DNA of 64,000 bases, taken from Nitrososphaerales archaeon (GTDB lineage: Archaea; Thermoproteota; Nitrososphaeria; Nitrososphaerales; Gagatemarchaeaceae). Shown piece after piece: positions 1-8,117 of this stretch. The translations under genes were made by a program, and so were the position numbers. Within the stretch, counting starts at the first letter, position 1. Each line of letters opens with the position of its first letter. The notes beneath the pieces are model-generated. The model saw nothing but the letters and a program-made list of their open reading frames with translations. It was not told the origin of the DNA and searched no databases. The stretch spans positions 1,641 through 65,640 of the forward strand of contig JBEKJM010000003.1 in assembly GCA_050011215.1 (NCBI GenBank), in the 5' to 3' direction.

Positions 1-175
1 TCGGAGTCACAATATCAGTCAGGTGTTCGCCGCTGAAACATTATGACGCAGAATTGTAATGAATTATTCGAATCGCCCGGTATTTAAGCGTCCTTGACTC
101 GATGAGATTCGATCGCGCGTCGTGCCTGGTCCGCGGTGTTCGAGGCGAATTCATGGACGCGAACGTAGGGGGAAG

Positions 176-251
176 CGGGCCCGGTGGGATTCGAACCCAT
201 GGTCTTCAGCTCCGAAGGCTGACGCCTTAATCCGTGCTAGGCTACGGGCCC
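176..251 (-). tRNA. tRNA-Arg (anticodon UCG)
   Basis: The reverse complement folds as a 76-nt cloverleaf. Acceptor GGGCCCG/CGGGCCC, D arm GCCU..AGGC, anticodon stem UCAGC/GCUGA with loop CUUCGGA, T loop UUCGAAU. One A:C mismatch at the base of the T stem; no encoded CCA. Confidence 0.85.
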
Positions 252-277
252 GAAAACGCCAAAGACGACCTAGGTAA

Positions 278-1318
278 TTAAGACATGACCCGGGCGATGT
301 TCTCCTCGAACGGCCTCTCGATCAATCCCCTGTCCGACACCATCGCAGTGACGAGTTCCGGAGGCGTCATGTCGAAGGCCGGGTTGGCCACGGAGACGCC
401 CTTCGGCGCGATCCTCCTCCCTCTGATGCGGACGACCTCGTCGAAGCTCCGCTCCTCTATGGTCACCTGCCCGTGGGTGCGGGACAGGTCGAAGGTGGAC
501 CGTGGCGCAGCAGGGTAGAACGGGACCCCGTGCCTGTTAGCCAAGACCGCCTCCTGATAGGTCCCTATCTTGTTGAACACGTAACCGTCCTTCGTAATCC
601 TGTCGGCCCCCACGATGACCTTGTCGACCCTGCCGAGGCTGAACATGTGTCCAACGGCCGTGTCCGGGATCAGGGTGCAGTCGATGCCGTCAGTCACCAG
701 CTCGAAGGCCGTCAGGCGCGCGCCCTGGAGCAGAGGCCTCGTCTCGGGCACCAGCACCTTCACCAGCTTCCCCTGATCGACGGCCGCTCTCACCACGCCC
801 AGTGCCGTTCCGTACCCCACGGTCGCGAGCGCGCCGGCGTTGCACTGGGTCAGGACCGTATCTCCGTCCTCGATCAGGTCCGCGCCCGCGCGTCCGAGCC
901 TCCTGTTGGCCTCGACGTCCTCCTCCTCCATCGTCTTCACCTCTGCCGAGACCAGCGTCCTGGCCTCGCGGGCCGACTTCGCGGACCGTGCGACCTTCAT
1001 GACCCGGTCGATCCCCCAGAAGAGGTTGACCGCCGTGGGCCTGGTCGAGCGGAGCAGGTCCGCGCTGTTCTCGAGCTCCTTCATGAGCTCCCCGAGGTCT
1101 TTCGTGGTGGAACGCGCGGCGGCCAGAGCAACTCCCATCGCGGCCGCCACCCCTATCGCAGGCGCACCACGGACTACCATCGTCCTGATCGCCTCGGCCA
1201 CTTCCTCGGGCCGAGTGTAGGTTACGTAGGTCAGCCTTCCTGGAAGGGCCGTCTGGTCGATCATCTTCACCGAGCCGTCGCCCCAGGTTACCGTGCGCAT
1301 CGTAAAGAAGTCGGCCAA
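278..1318 (-). CDS. mtnA: eIF-2B-family isomerase, most likely methylthioribose-1-phosphate isomerase
   Basis: 346-aa ORF. TVTWGDGSVKMIDQTALPGRL and MVVRGAPAIGVAAAMG are typical of the MtnA/aIF-2BI family. A ribose-1,5-bisphosphate isomerase paralogue cannot be excluded. Confidence 0.8.
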   Translation of the reverse strand: MADFFTMRTVTWGDGSVKMIDQTALPGRLTYVTYTRPEEVAEAIRTMVVRGAPAIGVAAAMGVALAAARSTTKDLGELMKELENSADLLRSTRPTAVNLFWGIDRVMKVARSAKSAREARTLVSAEVKTMEEEDVEANRRLGRAGADLIEDGDTVLTQCNAGALATVGYGTALGVVRAAVDQGKLVKVLVPETRPLLQGARLTAFELVTDGIDCTLIPDTAVGHMFSLGRVDKVIVGADRITKDGYVFNKIGTYQEAVLANRHGVPFYPAAPRSTFDLSRTHGQVTIEERSFDEVVRIRGRRIAPKGVSVANPAFDMTPPELVTAMVSDRGLIERPFEENIARVMS

Positions 1319-1415
1319 GGAACGCGCACCGCACCTACTCGGTTCTAAAGCGTTTCCGCCATCGATTCTTTTGAACCTTCAAATACGGTCGGACGGCCTT
1401 CGCGAACCGAGAGAG

Positions 1416-1964
1416 TTGGGAGAGGCCGTCGTCGCCGATGAGCAGGTCCAGCCGTTCAACGCTGTCCTCGTGGAAGGCACCGCGGTGGTGGTCGACCGGG
1501 AGCGCCTTGGCGAGCTGGAGGCGTCCGGCTACGGGTCGAAGGAAGGCAAGGACTTGGCCCTGCGCGACTACGAGGCGCTCTATCTTCTCTACGCAGGAAA
1601 GCTCGACCTGAAGGACGGGTCTGGGAAGGCGGTCACCTTCGAGAGGCTCGCGGAGCTGACCCAGAAGCGGGCCAGAGACGCCTGGACCAAGTTCATGATC
1701 TACAGGGACCTGAGGAGCAGGGGCTACGTGGTGCGGGAAGGATTCGGCTTCGGGACCGACCTGAGGGTCTACGAGAGGGGAGACTACCCGAAGAAGCCCG
1801 CGAAGTACGTCGTCTTCGCCCTGGACGAGGGGATCGAGAAGGGGATGGGGGAGCTCCAGCAGTCGGTCAAGGAGATGGCCAAGATGGGGAAGGAGGCGAT
1901 AATCGCGGTAATCGAGCGCAGGGGCGAAGCGATCTACTACAAGGTGAGCAGGGCAAGGTTCTGA
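1416..1964 (+). CDS. endA: tRNA-splicing (intron) endonuclease
   Basis: YRDLRSRGYVVREGFGFGTDLRVYERGD..KYVVFALDEG matches the EndA catalytic domain. The track ORF starts at GTG 1293, overlapping mtnA head-to-head. I prefer in-frame TTG 1416 (182 aa), with a TATA-like TCAAATAC ~30 nt upstream. Start uncertain. Confidence 0.7.
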   Translation: MGEAVVADEQVQPFNAVLVEGTAVVVDRERLGELEASGYGSKEGKDLALRDYEALYLLYAGKLDLKDGSGKAVTFERLAELTQKRARDAWTKFMIYRDLRSRGYVVREGFGFGTDLRVYERGDYPKKPAKYVVFALDEGIEKGMGELQQSVKEMAKMGKEAIIAVIERRGEAIYYKVSRARF

Positions 1965-1968
1965 CCCG

Positions 1969-2814
1969 ATGAGCCTCAGAGCGGGCCTCGAGCTGATGCG
2001 GCCGGCCAACTGCACCATGATCGGCTTCGCCGTCATCGTCGGGGTCTTCGTCTCCAAGCCGGCCGACGTGAAGGTCGTCCAGGGGGCCCTGGGGTTCCTG
2101 ACCGGGTTCTTCCTCTGCGCCTACTCCATGTCTACGAACGACATCTACGACGTCGAGGTGGACAGGGTGAACCAGCCGGAGCGCCCCATCCCGAGCGGCC
2201 GCGTCTCGACCCAGGCGGCGGTCAGGCTCTCCGTGCTCGTCCTCGTGGCGGGCGTCGCCTCCTGCGTCCTGACCCTGAACCCCGCGGCCGTCGGCATCGC
2301 CCTGCTGTACGCGTTCCTAATGTGGGTCTACAACAGCCGGGCGAAGCTGACGGGCCTCCCCGGGAACCTCCTCGTCGCTTCCTCCCTCGCCGTCCCCTTC
2401 ATCTACGGCGGCGTCGTCTCCGGCGGAAGCCTGACGAGGTCCCTGCTGCTGATGATGGCGTTCACGTCGTTCTTTTCCGGTGTGGGGAGGGAAGTGGTGA
2501 AGGGGATGGCCGACGTCGAGGGAGACGCTAAGCGGGGGGTCAACTCCGTGGCGAGGAGCAGAGGGCTCAGGGCCGCGTCCTCCGTCGGTGCGGCCTTCTT
2601 CCTTCTCGCCGTAGTCACCAGCTGGGTGCCCCTCGCGCTTGGGCTGGCGAACGGGTTCTACACCTTCGGGGTCATCGTGCCCGACGCGGTCTTCGCGTAC
2701 CTGGCCGCATCCATAGTCGCGAGACACGACCCCGCCAACGCGCACGGGGTGAAGCGGATCGCGCTCGCTGGCATGGCCGTGGGGCTAATCGTCTTCGTGG
2801 GAGGCGCCTACTGA
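1969..2814 (+). CDS. UbiA-family prenyltransferase, probable digeranylgeranylglyceryl phosphate synthase
   Basis: Polytopic membrane protein with the NDIYDVEVDRVNQPERPIPSG Asp-rich UbiA motif. The archaeal context favours DGGGP synthase. Confidence 0.7.
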   Translation: MSLRAGLELMRPANCTMIGFAVIVGVFVSKPADVKVVQGALGFLTGFFLCAYSMSTNDIYDVEVDRVNQPERPIPSGRVSTQAAVRLSVLVLVAGVASCVLTLNPAAVGIALLYAFLMWVYNSRAKLTGLPGNLLVASSLAVPFIYGGVVSGGSLTRSLLLMMAFTSFFSGVGREVVKGMADVEGDAKRGVNSVARSRGLRAASSVGAAFFLLAVVTSWVPLALGLANGFYTFGVIVPDAVFAYLAASIVARHDPANAHGVKRIALAGMAVGLIVFVGGAY

Positions 2815-3993
2815 TTGTGGTCTGAGAAGTACAGGCCTGCCAGCCTGGACCACATGGTGGGCAACGAGGAGGCGAGGGACAGGTTCGTGCTGTGGTTGAG
2901 GAAGTGGAAGCGAGGGGCCAGGGCCGCCCTCCTTGTGGGCCCTCCCGGAACGGGGAAGACGACCTGCGTCCACCTCGCCGCCAAGAAGCTGGGGCTCCAG
3001 CTCGTGGAGCTGAACGCGAGCGACACCCGCACCAAGGACAGACTTTCGAAGCGCATCGGAGAGGTGATCTCGAGCAGGAACCTTTTCGACACCAGGACGC
3101 TCGTCTTCCTCGACGAAGTCGACGGGCTGGCCGGGAGAGCCGACTACGGGGCCATCGATTTCATCAGGGACGCGGTCCGGAAGAGCGAGAACCCCGTGGT
3201 CATGGCAGCCAACGACCCGGAGTCGGACCAGGTGAAGAAGCTCTCGGGCGTGACGACCCGGATCGAGTTTCAGAAGCCGGCGCCCGAAGTCGTGGAGGCG
3301 CACCTCGCCAGAATCGCCGGGAACGAGGGGCTCTCGCTCGAGGAGGGGGAGCTGGCCTCGATCGCGAAGGCGGCCAACGGCGACTGGCGTTCCGCGATCA
3401 ACTTCCTGCAGTCGGGAGCCCCTTCCGCGAAGGACGAGGAGATGACCACTTCGCAGGCGATCAACGCCTTCTTCGACGCCGTGGACGAGAAGGCAGCCCT
3501 CAAGGCGCTGAGGTCATACCCTGGCCAGCCCAGAGACAAGCTCCGCGACCTGTTCACTGGCGTGGTGAAGGCCAGGGTCCACGAGGAAAGGAAGGCGGCC
3601 GCGCTCGAAGCGATCTCGAGGGCCGACCTCCTCATGGGGCGGATCATGAGAGGGCAGGACTGGAGGCTGCTGAGGTACCTCGACCCGATGCTGGCGTCAG
3701 GGCTCTGGAGGGCGCTGGGCGACGGGGGGGCGTCCTACTCCATGGACGGCGCCCCTTGGCCCCTGCAGGTTAGGATCTGGAACGACTCGAAGAAGCTCAA
3801 GGAGATCGGACGCCTGGGAGGCCGGAGGCTCGGGATAAGCCAGAAGGGCTTCCTTGTCGAGGACATGCCGTACGTGCTGCTGCTCTGCAGGGGAGCGGCG
3901 TTCAGGGACGAGCTGGTCAGGAGCCTCGGCCTGGAGGAGAGCTACGCCGAGTTCGTCGCCAAGGAGGCGGGCCGGGCTCGTCCGGCTAGTTGA
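2815..3993 (+). CDS. rfcL: replication factor C large subunit
   Basis: MWSEKYRP..., Walker A GPPGTGKTT, LNASDTR and Walker B FLDEVD. TTG start directly after the upstream stop. Confidence 0.85.
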   Translation: MWSEKYRPASLDHMVGNEEARDRFVLWLRKWKRGARAALLVGPPGTGKTTCVHLAAKKLGLQLVELNASDTRTKDRLSKRIGEVISSRNLFDTRTLVFLDEVDGLAGRADYGAIDFIRDAVRKSENPVVMAANDPESDQVKKLSGVTTRIEFQKPAPEVVEAHLARIAGNEGLSLEEGELASIAKAANGDWRSAINFLQSGAPSAKDEEMTTSQAINAFFDAVDEKAALKALRSYPGQPRDKLRDLFTGVVKARVHEERKAAALEAISRADLLMGRIMRGQDWRLLRYLDPMLASGLWRALGDGGASYSMDGAPWPLQVRIWNDSKKLKEIGRLGGRRLGISQKGFLVEDMPYVLLLCRGAAFRDELVRSLGLEESYAEFVAKEAGRARPAS

Positions 3994-4324
3994 ACGGTTT
4001 CTGGCAGGACGCTTCCCTGGCCTCCTGCCACTCCGAGAGGAACCTTGCGATCACGCCGACGAAGGGGTTGCTCCTGTCGACGCGGAAGATGCGGATCCTG
4101 TTGAAGCGCTTCTCGGCGAGTATCCCCGACTCAGTCAGGAACTCCAAGTGGCGCGCGGCCGACGTGTGCGAGAGCCCGGACCTCCGCGTGATCTCTGAGA
4201 TGTTCAGCTCTCCGCTCTTGATCATCACAGTGAGCACCTTGGTCCTCCCGTAGGAGGACAGCAGCTCCTCAACCTGTGGACCACCCACGACTGAAGCACG
4301 TGGGCTTCTTGCTTCACTGGCCAA
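3986..4324 (-). CDS. ArsR-type winged-helix transcriptional regulator
   Basis: 112 aa. GRTKVLTVMIKSGELNISEITRRSGLSHTSAARHLEFLTESGIL is a canonical ArsR/SmtB HTH. TTG start 4324 overlaps the tnpB stop; an alternative GTG start lies at 4288. Confidence 0.7.
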   Translation of the reverse strand: MASEARSPRASVVGGPQVEELLSSYGRTKVLTVMIKSGELNISEITRRSGLSHTSAARHLEFLTESGILAEKRFNRIRIFRVDRSNPFVGVIARFLSEWQEAREASCQKPFN

Positions 4325-5555
4325 ACTTGCTTATCCTCTTCCTTCGCTGGACAAGTAGAGGCTCGGCCTCTACGTGGGCCAGTTCCTGGCCCGCCTTCAG
4401 GATATTCCTTGCCGCGTTCACATCCCTGTCCACGACAAGCCCGCACCGTGGGCAGTGGTGGACCCTCTCCGACAGCTCCTTCGGAACCACTTCCCCGCAT
4501 CCAGAGCATTTCTGCGACGTCCCCCTGGGTTCGACGAGGATCACTCGTCCGCCGTGCCTCTCCGCCTTGTAGGCGGTCAACTGACGCAGCTGCCCCCATG
4601 AGGCATCCGTTATTGCCGATGCCAGGCTGTGGTTCTTGACCATCGACGGAATGTGAAGGTCCTCAAAGACTATGGTGGAGTAGTGATTGGCGAGATGATG
4701 TGAGAGCCTGTGGGCGTAGTCATCCCTCTGCCTCCTCACCTTCCTCCATGCCTTTCCAAGTGCCACCTTCGTCTTCATCCGGTTGTTCGAGCCCCGTTTC
4801 TTTCCGGACAGGTTCCTCTGAAGCCGCTTGATCTGCTTGATCGAGCCGGGCAGGTATCTTGGATTCGGGAACTTCGTTCCGTCGCTGAGAGCAACGAGGT
4901 TTGTGATTCCAAGGTCAACTCCGATTGGTCTGTCTAAGACCTGGGCTTCTGTGGGTCTGGGGTTGTATTTCTCTGCCTCCACTGAGATGCAGGCGTACCA
5001 CTGGTCCACATCCCTGACGACCGTGCAGGTCTTTGATGCCTCCTCGATGGACCTGTGCACCTTCATCTTCACAGAGCCTATCTTCGAAAGTCTCAGTCTG
5101 TTTCCGATGATCTTGAACCCTCCAAGCTGTGGGTATCTGAACGAGTTGTACCTGTCCTTGCGCCTGAACCTTGGGCGCTTCGCGAGGCCCACGAAGAACG
5201 CCTGATATGCCTTGTCGAGTCTCAGCATGACATCCTGCAGGACCTGCGAGTGGATCGCCTCCAAGAATTTGTTGTCTCGCTTCAATTCCACGAGCATCCT
5301 CTTCTGCTCGTAGAATCCAGTCCTGTTCTCTATCCTGTCTGCGAGCATCGCGTTGTAGAGCCTCCTGCAGGTCTCGAGCGTCTCCTCCATGACACCGCTC
5401 TGGGTCTCGTTTGGGTAGAGCCTGAATCTGTATGTAATCAGCATCTCTGTTCTTCCGCATCCCTGCAGGATAAGAGGGCCACTCCTGGTTGGAGACACAG
5501 ATTCATCCCACCCGTGAATGGTGTGGGGTTTCTTTGTTTCCCCGAACCCCTTTCG
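4284..5555 (-). mobile_element. IS200/IS605-family element carrying tnpB only (IS1341-like); ends not determined
   Basis: tnpB lies between orc1/cdc6 and arsR/rfcL, with no TnpA in the window. Hairpin CCCACG-N9-CGTGGG (4284-4304) sits just 3' of tnpB. Boundaries are approximate. Confidence 0.5.
4314..5444 (-). CDS. tnpB: RNA-guided endonuclease TnpB (IS200/IS605-family OrfB)
   Basis: MLITYRFRLYPNETQ N-terminus. RuvC motifs GVDLGITN, IVFEDL and DRDVNAARNI, plus zinc finger CSGCG..HHCPRCG. ATG at 5444 is preferred over the track start 5498. Confidence 0.9.
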   Translation of the reverse strand: MLITYRFRLYPNETQSGVMEETLETCRRLYNAMLADRIENRTGFYEQKRMLVELKRDNKFLEAIHSQVLQDVMLRLDKAYQAFFVGLAKRPRFRRKDRYNSFRYPQLGGFKIIGNRLRLSKIGSVKMKVHRSIEEASKTCTVVRDVDQWYACISVEAEKYNPRPTEAQVLDRPIGVDLGITNLVALSDGTKFPNPRYLPGSIKQIKRLQRNLSGKKRGSNNRMKTKVALGKAWRKVRRQRDDYAHRLSHHLANHYSTIVFEDLHIPSMVKNHSLASAITDASWGQLRQLTAYKAERHGGRVILVEPRGTSQKCSGCGEVVPKELSERVHHCPRCGLVVDRDVNAARNILKAGQELAHVEAEPLLVQRRKRISKFGQ

Positions 5556-7787
5556 CTATCTAACGTCTGCGACCATCCCCTTCTCGAGCTCCCCCATCAG
5601 CTCCTTCGCCGACACGAGCGACAGCCCGATCAGGGTGGTCCTGCCCTTCATGCCCCTGCCCGAGAGCTGGGTCTCTATGATGCCCTTCCTGGACAGCTCG
5701 TTGACGTCGTTCCACACCTGTGTGTGGTGGTTCGCCGCCACCCCCATGCTCTCGCAGAGTACGCCGTAGCTTCTCTCGACCTCGCCTATGGTGACGTAGG
5801 TCGAGTCCCCCTTCTTGAGGAGGGCAGAGACCGCCATCAGTATCAGCCGCTGGTGCCTCGACAGGTAGCTCAGCTCCTCCTTGCTGAACCCCGGAGGCAG
5901 CGAAGCCTTGGCAGACCTGATGTGTTCGGGCAAGATCCGTGGTGACTCGGAGATGTCAGCGAGCTTCCCGGCCCTGTAGACCAGGTCGAGCGCATACCGA
6001 GCGTCGCCGTACAGACTCGCTATGTCTGCCGCCAGCTGCATCGAGTTGTCGCCCAGGGCGCCATCGGTGAACGCTTCGCTCCGAGAGACTATGATGTCCA
6101 AGAGCTGGGCAGCCGAGTAGGGTTCGAGCGAGACTTCGTTCCACTGCACCGAGCTGAGGGTGCTGAGGTCCACGGCCTTCATGTAATTGAGCGTCTTCGA
6201 AATGAGCAGGGAAGAAAAGACCTGGCTCCCCTGAACCGTCTCTCTCAGGCGCGTTATGGTGTAGAGCGCGGAGGGATCTGAGGTTATGAGGGAGTCAACC
6301 TCGTCGAACGCTATGACCAGGTGCATGTGGTTGCTCCTCAGTTCTTCGACGAGGACGGAGAGGAGCTCCTCGAAGCCGTATCCCCTCGACGGATAATTCT
6401 GACCGAGGGTGCTGAGCGCTCGGACCATTACTGACTGCAGCGTCTTGTCGATCCTGCAGTTGACGTGCAACATCTTCACCAGGTTCCCATACAGCGCCGC
6501 CTTCTTCTGCAGCGATTCGCCGAGCTTCTTGGCGAGCATCGTCTTGCCAGAATTGTGTGTTACCGTGAAATCATCTAAGAGGTATCGTTGATCAGAACCG
6601 ACTCTAAAACCGAAGTACTCTTCTTCCCCCAGAGGTTTTAGCGTGAAGCCCGTCCTTAAAACGCTCTTCTTCTGCCTTCTTGTCGGTGCCTGTTTTCTAC
6701 TAACCCTAGTAGGAATTTTGGAAATGTCGCCTGAAATTCCAACTCTGTAATACAGTCCCTCATGACCAAATTGGTCGTGGGAAGATTTTTCCCTGACAAA
6801 AGCGTAGAATCCAAGACTTCTAGACACAAATGCCACATCTTCAGCGAGCTGTTTCGACTTGGTGATAAAATCAAAGTATCCTGCATCTAGACTACCGTCT
6901 GTGTCCAGTAATCCAGCCAGAACTTCTAGACGTGTTCTTCTTGATCCAAACTTATACTGAGATGGGATGAACTTCGACTCAGATGTTTCCTTGTAAAGCC
7001 CTAACGCCATTAAATCCTTGGCTAGCCCATTTAGTAATGCTTGTCCACCTGTCCTCCCCGGAGTCAGCATATATTCTTGGGCTTGGCCTGCTGGGTACTG
7101 GCGTACTTTTAGCAAGTACTTTCCAGATTGGCTATTTACTATAGTTGATAGTTCTGCGTCCGCCGAAGTGATAGTGATATGGCCATTGGCACTACTTCCG
7201 TCCCCTAAATACACACCAAGAAAGTGAGGGTCTATCGACCCAGCTGGCATCTGAGGAAAATCGACGCCAGTTCTCATTAATTTGTAGAGACCCTTGGGAC
7301 CAACATACCATCTTGGAAGCTTTAACAGCTCGCTTACTCTAATGTCTTTGATTATCCCTTCAGTATCTTCAGACGGCTTTCGTGGGTGTTTCTTCAGTCG
7401 AGTTTGTATGACTGTCAGAACATGGTCCTCAGAAACCACAAATGGTTTTCCCTTTATCGGCTGGACTTCAATCATCCGTCCAAAACCATGTGCCGTCTCA
7501 AGCACTTTTCTTGGGGTACTGTCTGGACCCATCAACAAGTCTCCTTGAGTCACGTCTTCGACGCGTTTGAGAGATCCGTCAAACATCAAAACGAGTTGTC
7601 CTTTCCTATGGCACCCGACAGGCCCGGAGAGCATCACGTTCTGGCTCGCCTTCGAGGCGTTCTGCACGACGCTCTGGAAGTAGAGTTCGAGGGCCCTGAG
7701 CTGGTCGTCGCGGTGAGGGATTTGGTGCGGCAGGTATTCCGGGAAGAGGAATGACTCGTCCCTGAAGACGGAGCGCGGGGGCACCAA
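5556..7787 (-). CDS. cdc6: Orc1/Cdc6 replication initiator interrupted by an intein
   Basis: N-extein FPEYLPHQIPHRDDQLRAL...MLSGPVG joins C-extein SGKTMLAKK...VIAFDEVD with a C-terminal winged helix. Spliced product is 389 aa with the P-loop GPVGSGKT restored. Confidence 0.9.
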   Translation of the reverse strand: MVPPRSVFRDESFLFPEYLPHQIPHRDDQLRALELYFQSVVQNASKASQNVMLSGPVGCHRKGQLVLMFDGSLKRVEDVTQGDLLMGPDSTPRKVLETAHGFGRMIEVQPIKGKPFVVSEDHVLTVIQTRLKKHPRKPSEDTEGIIKDIRVSELLKLPRWYVGPKGLYKLMRTGVDFPQMPAGSIDPHFLGVYLGDGSSANGHITITSADAELSTIVNSQSGKYLLKVRQYPAGQAQEYMLTPGRTGGQALLNGLAKDLMALGLYKETSESKFIPSQYKFGSRRTRLEVLAGLLDTDGSLDAGYFDFITKSKQLAEDVAFVSRSLGFYAFVREKSSHDQFGHEGLYYRVGISGDISKIPTRVSRKQAPTRRQKKSVLRTGFTLKPLGEEEYFGFRVGSDQRYLLDDFTVTHNSGKTMLAKKLGESLQKKAALYGNLVKMLHVNCRIDKTLQSVMVRALSTLGQNYPSRGYGFEELLSVLVEELRSNHMHLVIAFDEVDSLITSDPSALYTITRLRETVQGSQVFSSLLISKTLNYMKAVDLSTLSSVQWNEVSLEPYSAAQLLDIIVSRSEAFTDGALGDNSMQLAADIASLYGDARYALDLVYRAGKLADISESPRILPEHIRSAKASLPPGFSKEELSYLSRHQRLILMAVSALLKKGDSTYVTIGEVERSYGVLCESMGVAANHHTQVWNDVNELSRKGIIETQLSGRGMKGRTTLIGLSLVSAKELMGELEKGMVADVR
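6552..7613 (-). other. intein (354 aa) with LAGLIDADG homing endonuclease, inserted in the Walker A motif of Orc1/Cdc6
   Basis: Starts with Cys59 (codon 7611-7613) and ends ..VTHN (Asn codon 6552-6554), followed by Ser+1. Two LAGLIDADG blocks (LGVYLGDGSS, LAGLLDTDGS). Clearly more AT-rich than the flanking exteins. Confidence 0.85.
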
Positions 7788-8117
7788 GGGGAAGTTCCCC
7801 TGATTCGTCGCTCTTCACCTTATAACCTTGATTACGATGATGAGAACGTCCACATTAGGGAGGTCACTGAAAGTGTTTCTTCGCCTCTGGCGCCGGGGCC
7901 AAAGACTCGAGCTAGGAGGTGGGCATACCGATATTGGTATGGAACCGAGCTGCTGGACGTCTTGGCAGCCCTGCCTGGATTCGAGCACCTGGAACGGGGT
8001 TCCCTGCCTGTCGAGTCCCTAAGCGACGACCTCCCGTTACGCGGTCGGCGCAGCAGGACGCCCTCGACCTAAGGAAGCACAGATTAATACCCGCGAGCCG
8101 ACAAGCGGTCGGCCTCA
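7788..8117. promoter_or_regulatory. divergent orc1/cdc6-purD intergenic region with several palindromes; possible origin-proximal or regulatory DNA
   Basis: Palindromes GGGGAAGTTCCCC (7788-7800), ATACCGATATTGGTAT (7925-7940) and GGAACGGGGTTCC (7991-8003). TATA-like GATTAATAC ~40 nt upstream of purD. Function unproven. Confidence 0.3.

Noticed and set aside
7860-8117. Possible SRP (7S) RNA or RNase P RNA in the GC-rich cdc6-purD spacer, suggested by ..CCUAAGGAAGCAC.. resembling the helix-8 GGAAGCAGC motif.
   Set aside because: I could not build the long helix 5/8 pairing. There is no GNRA tetraloop in the right context, no GAGGAAAGUCC (RNase P CR-I), and the region is short for either RNA. 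It is kept only as an unexplained structured spacer.
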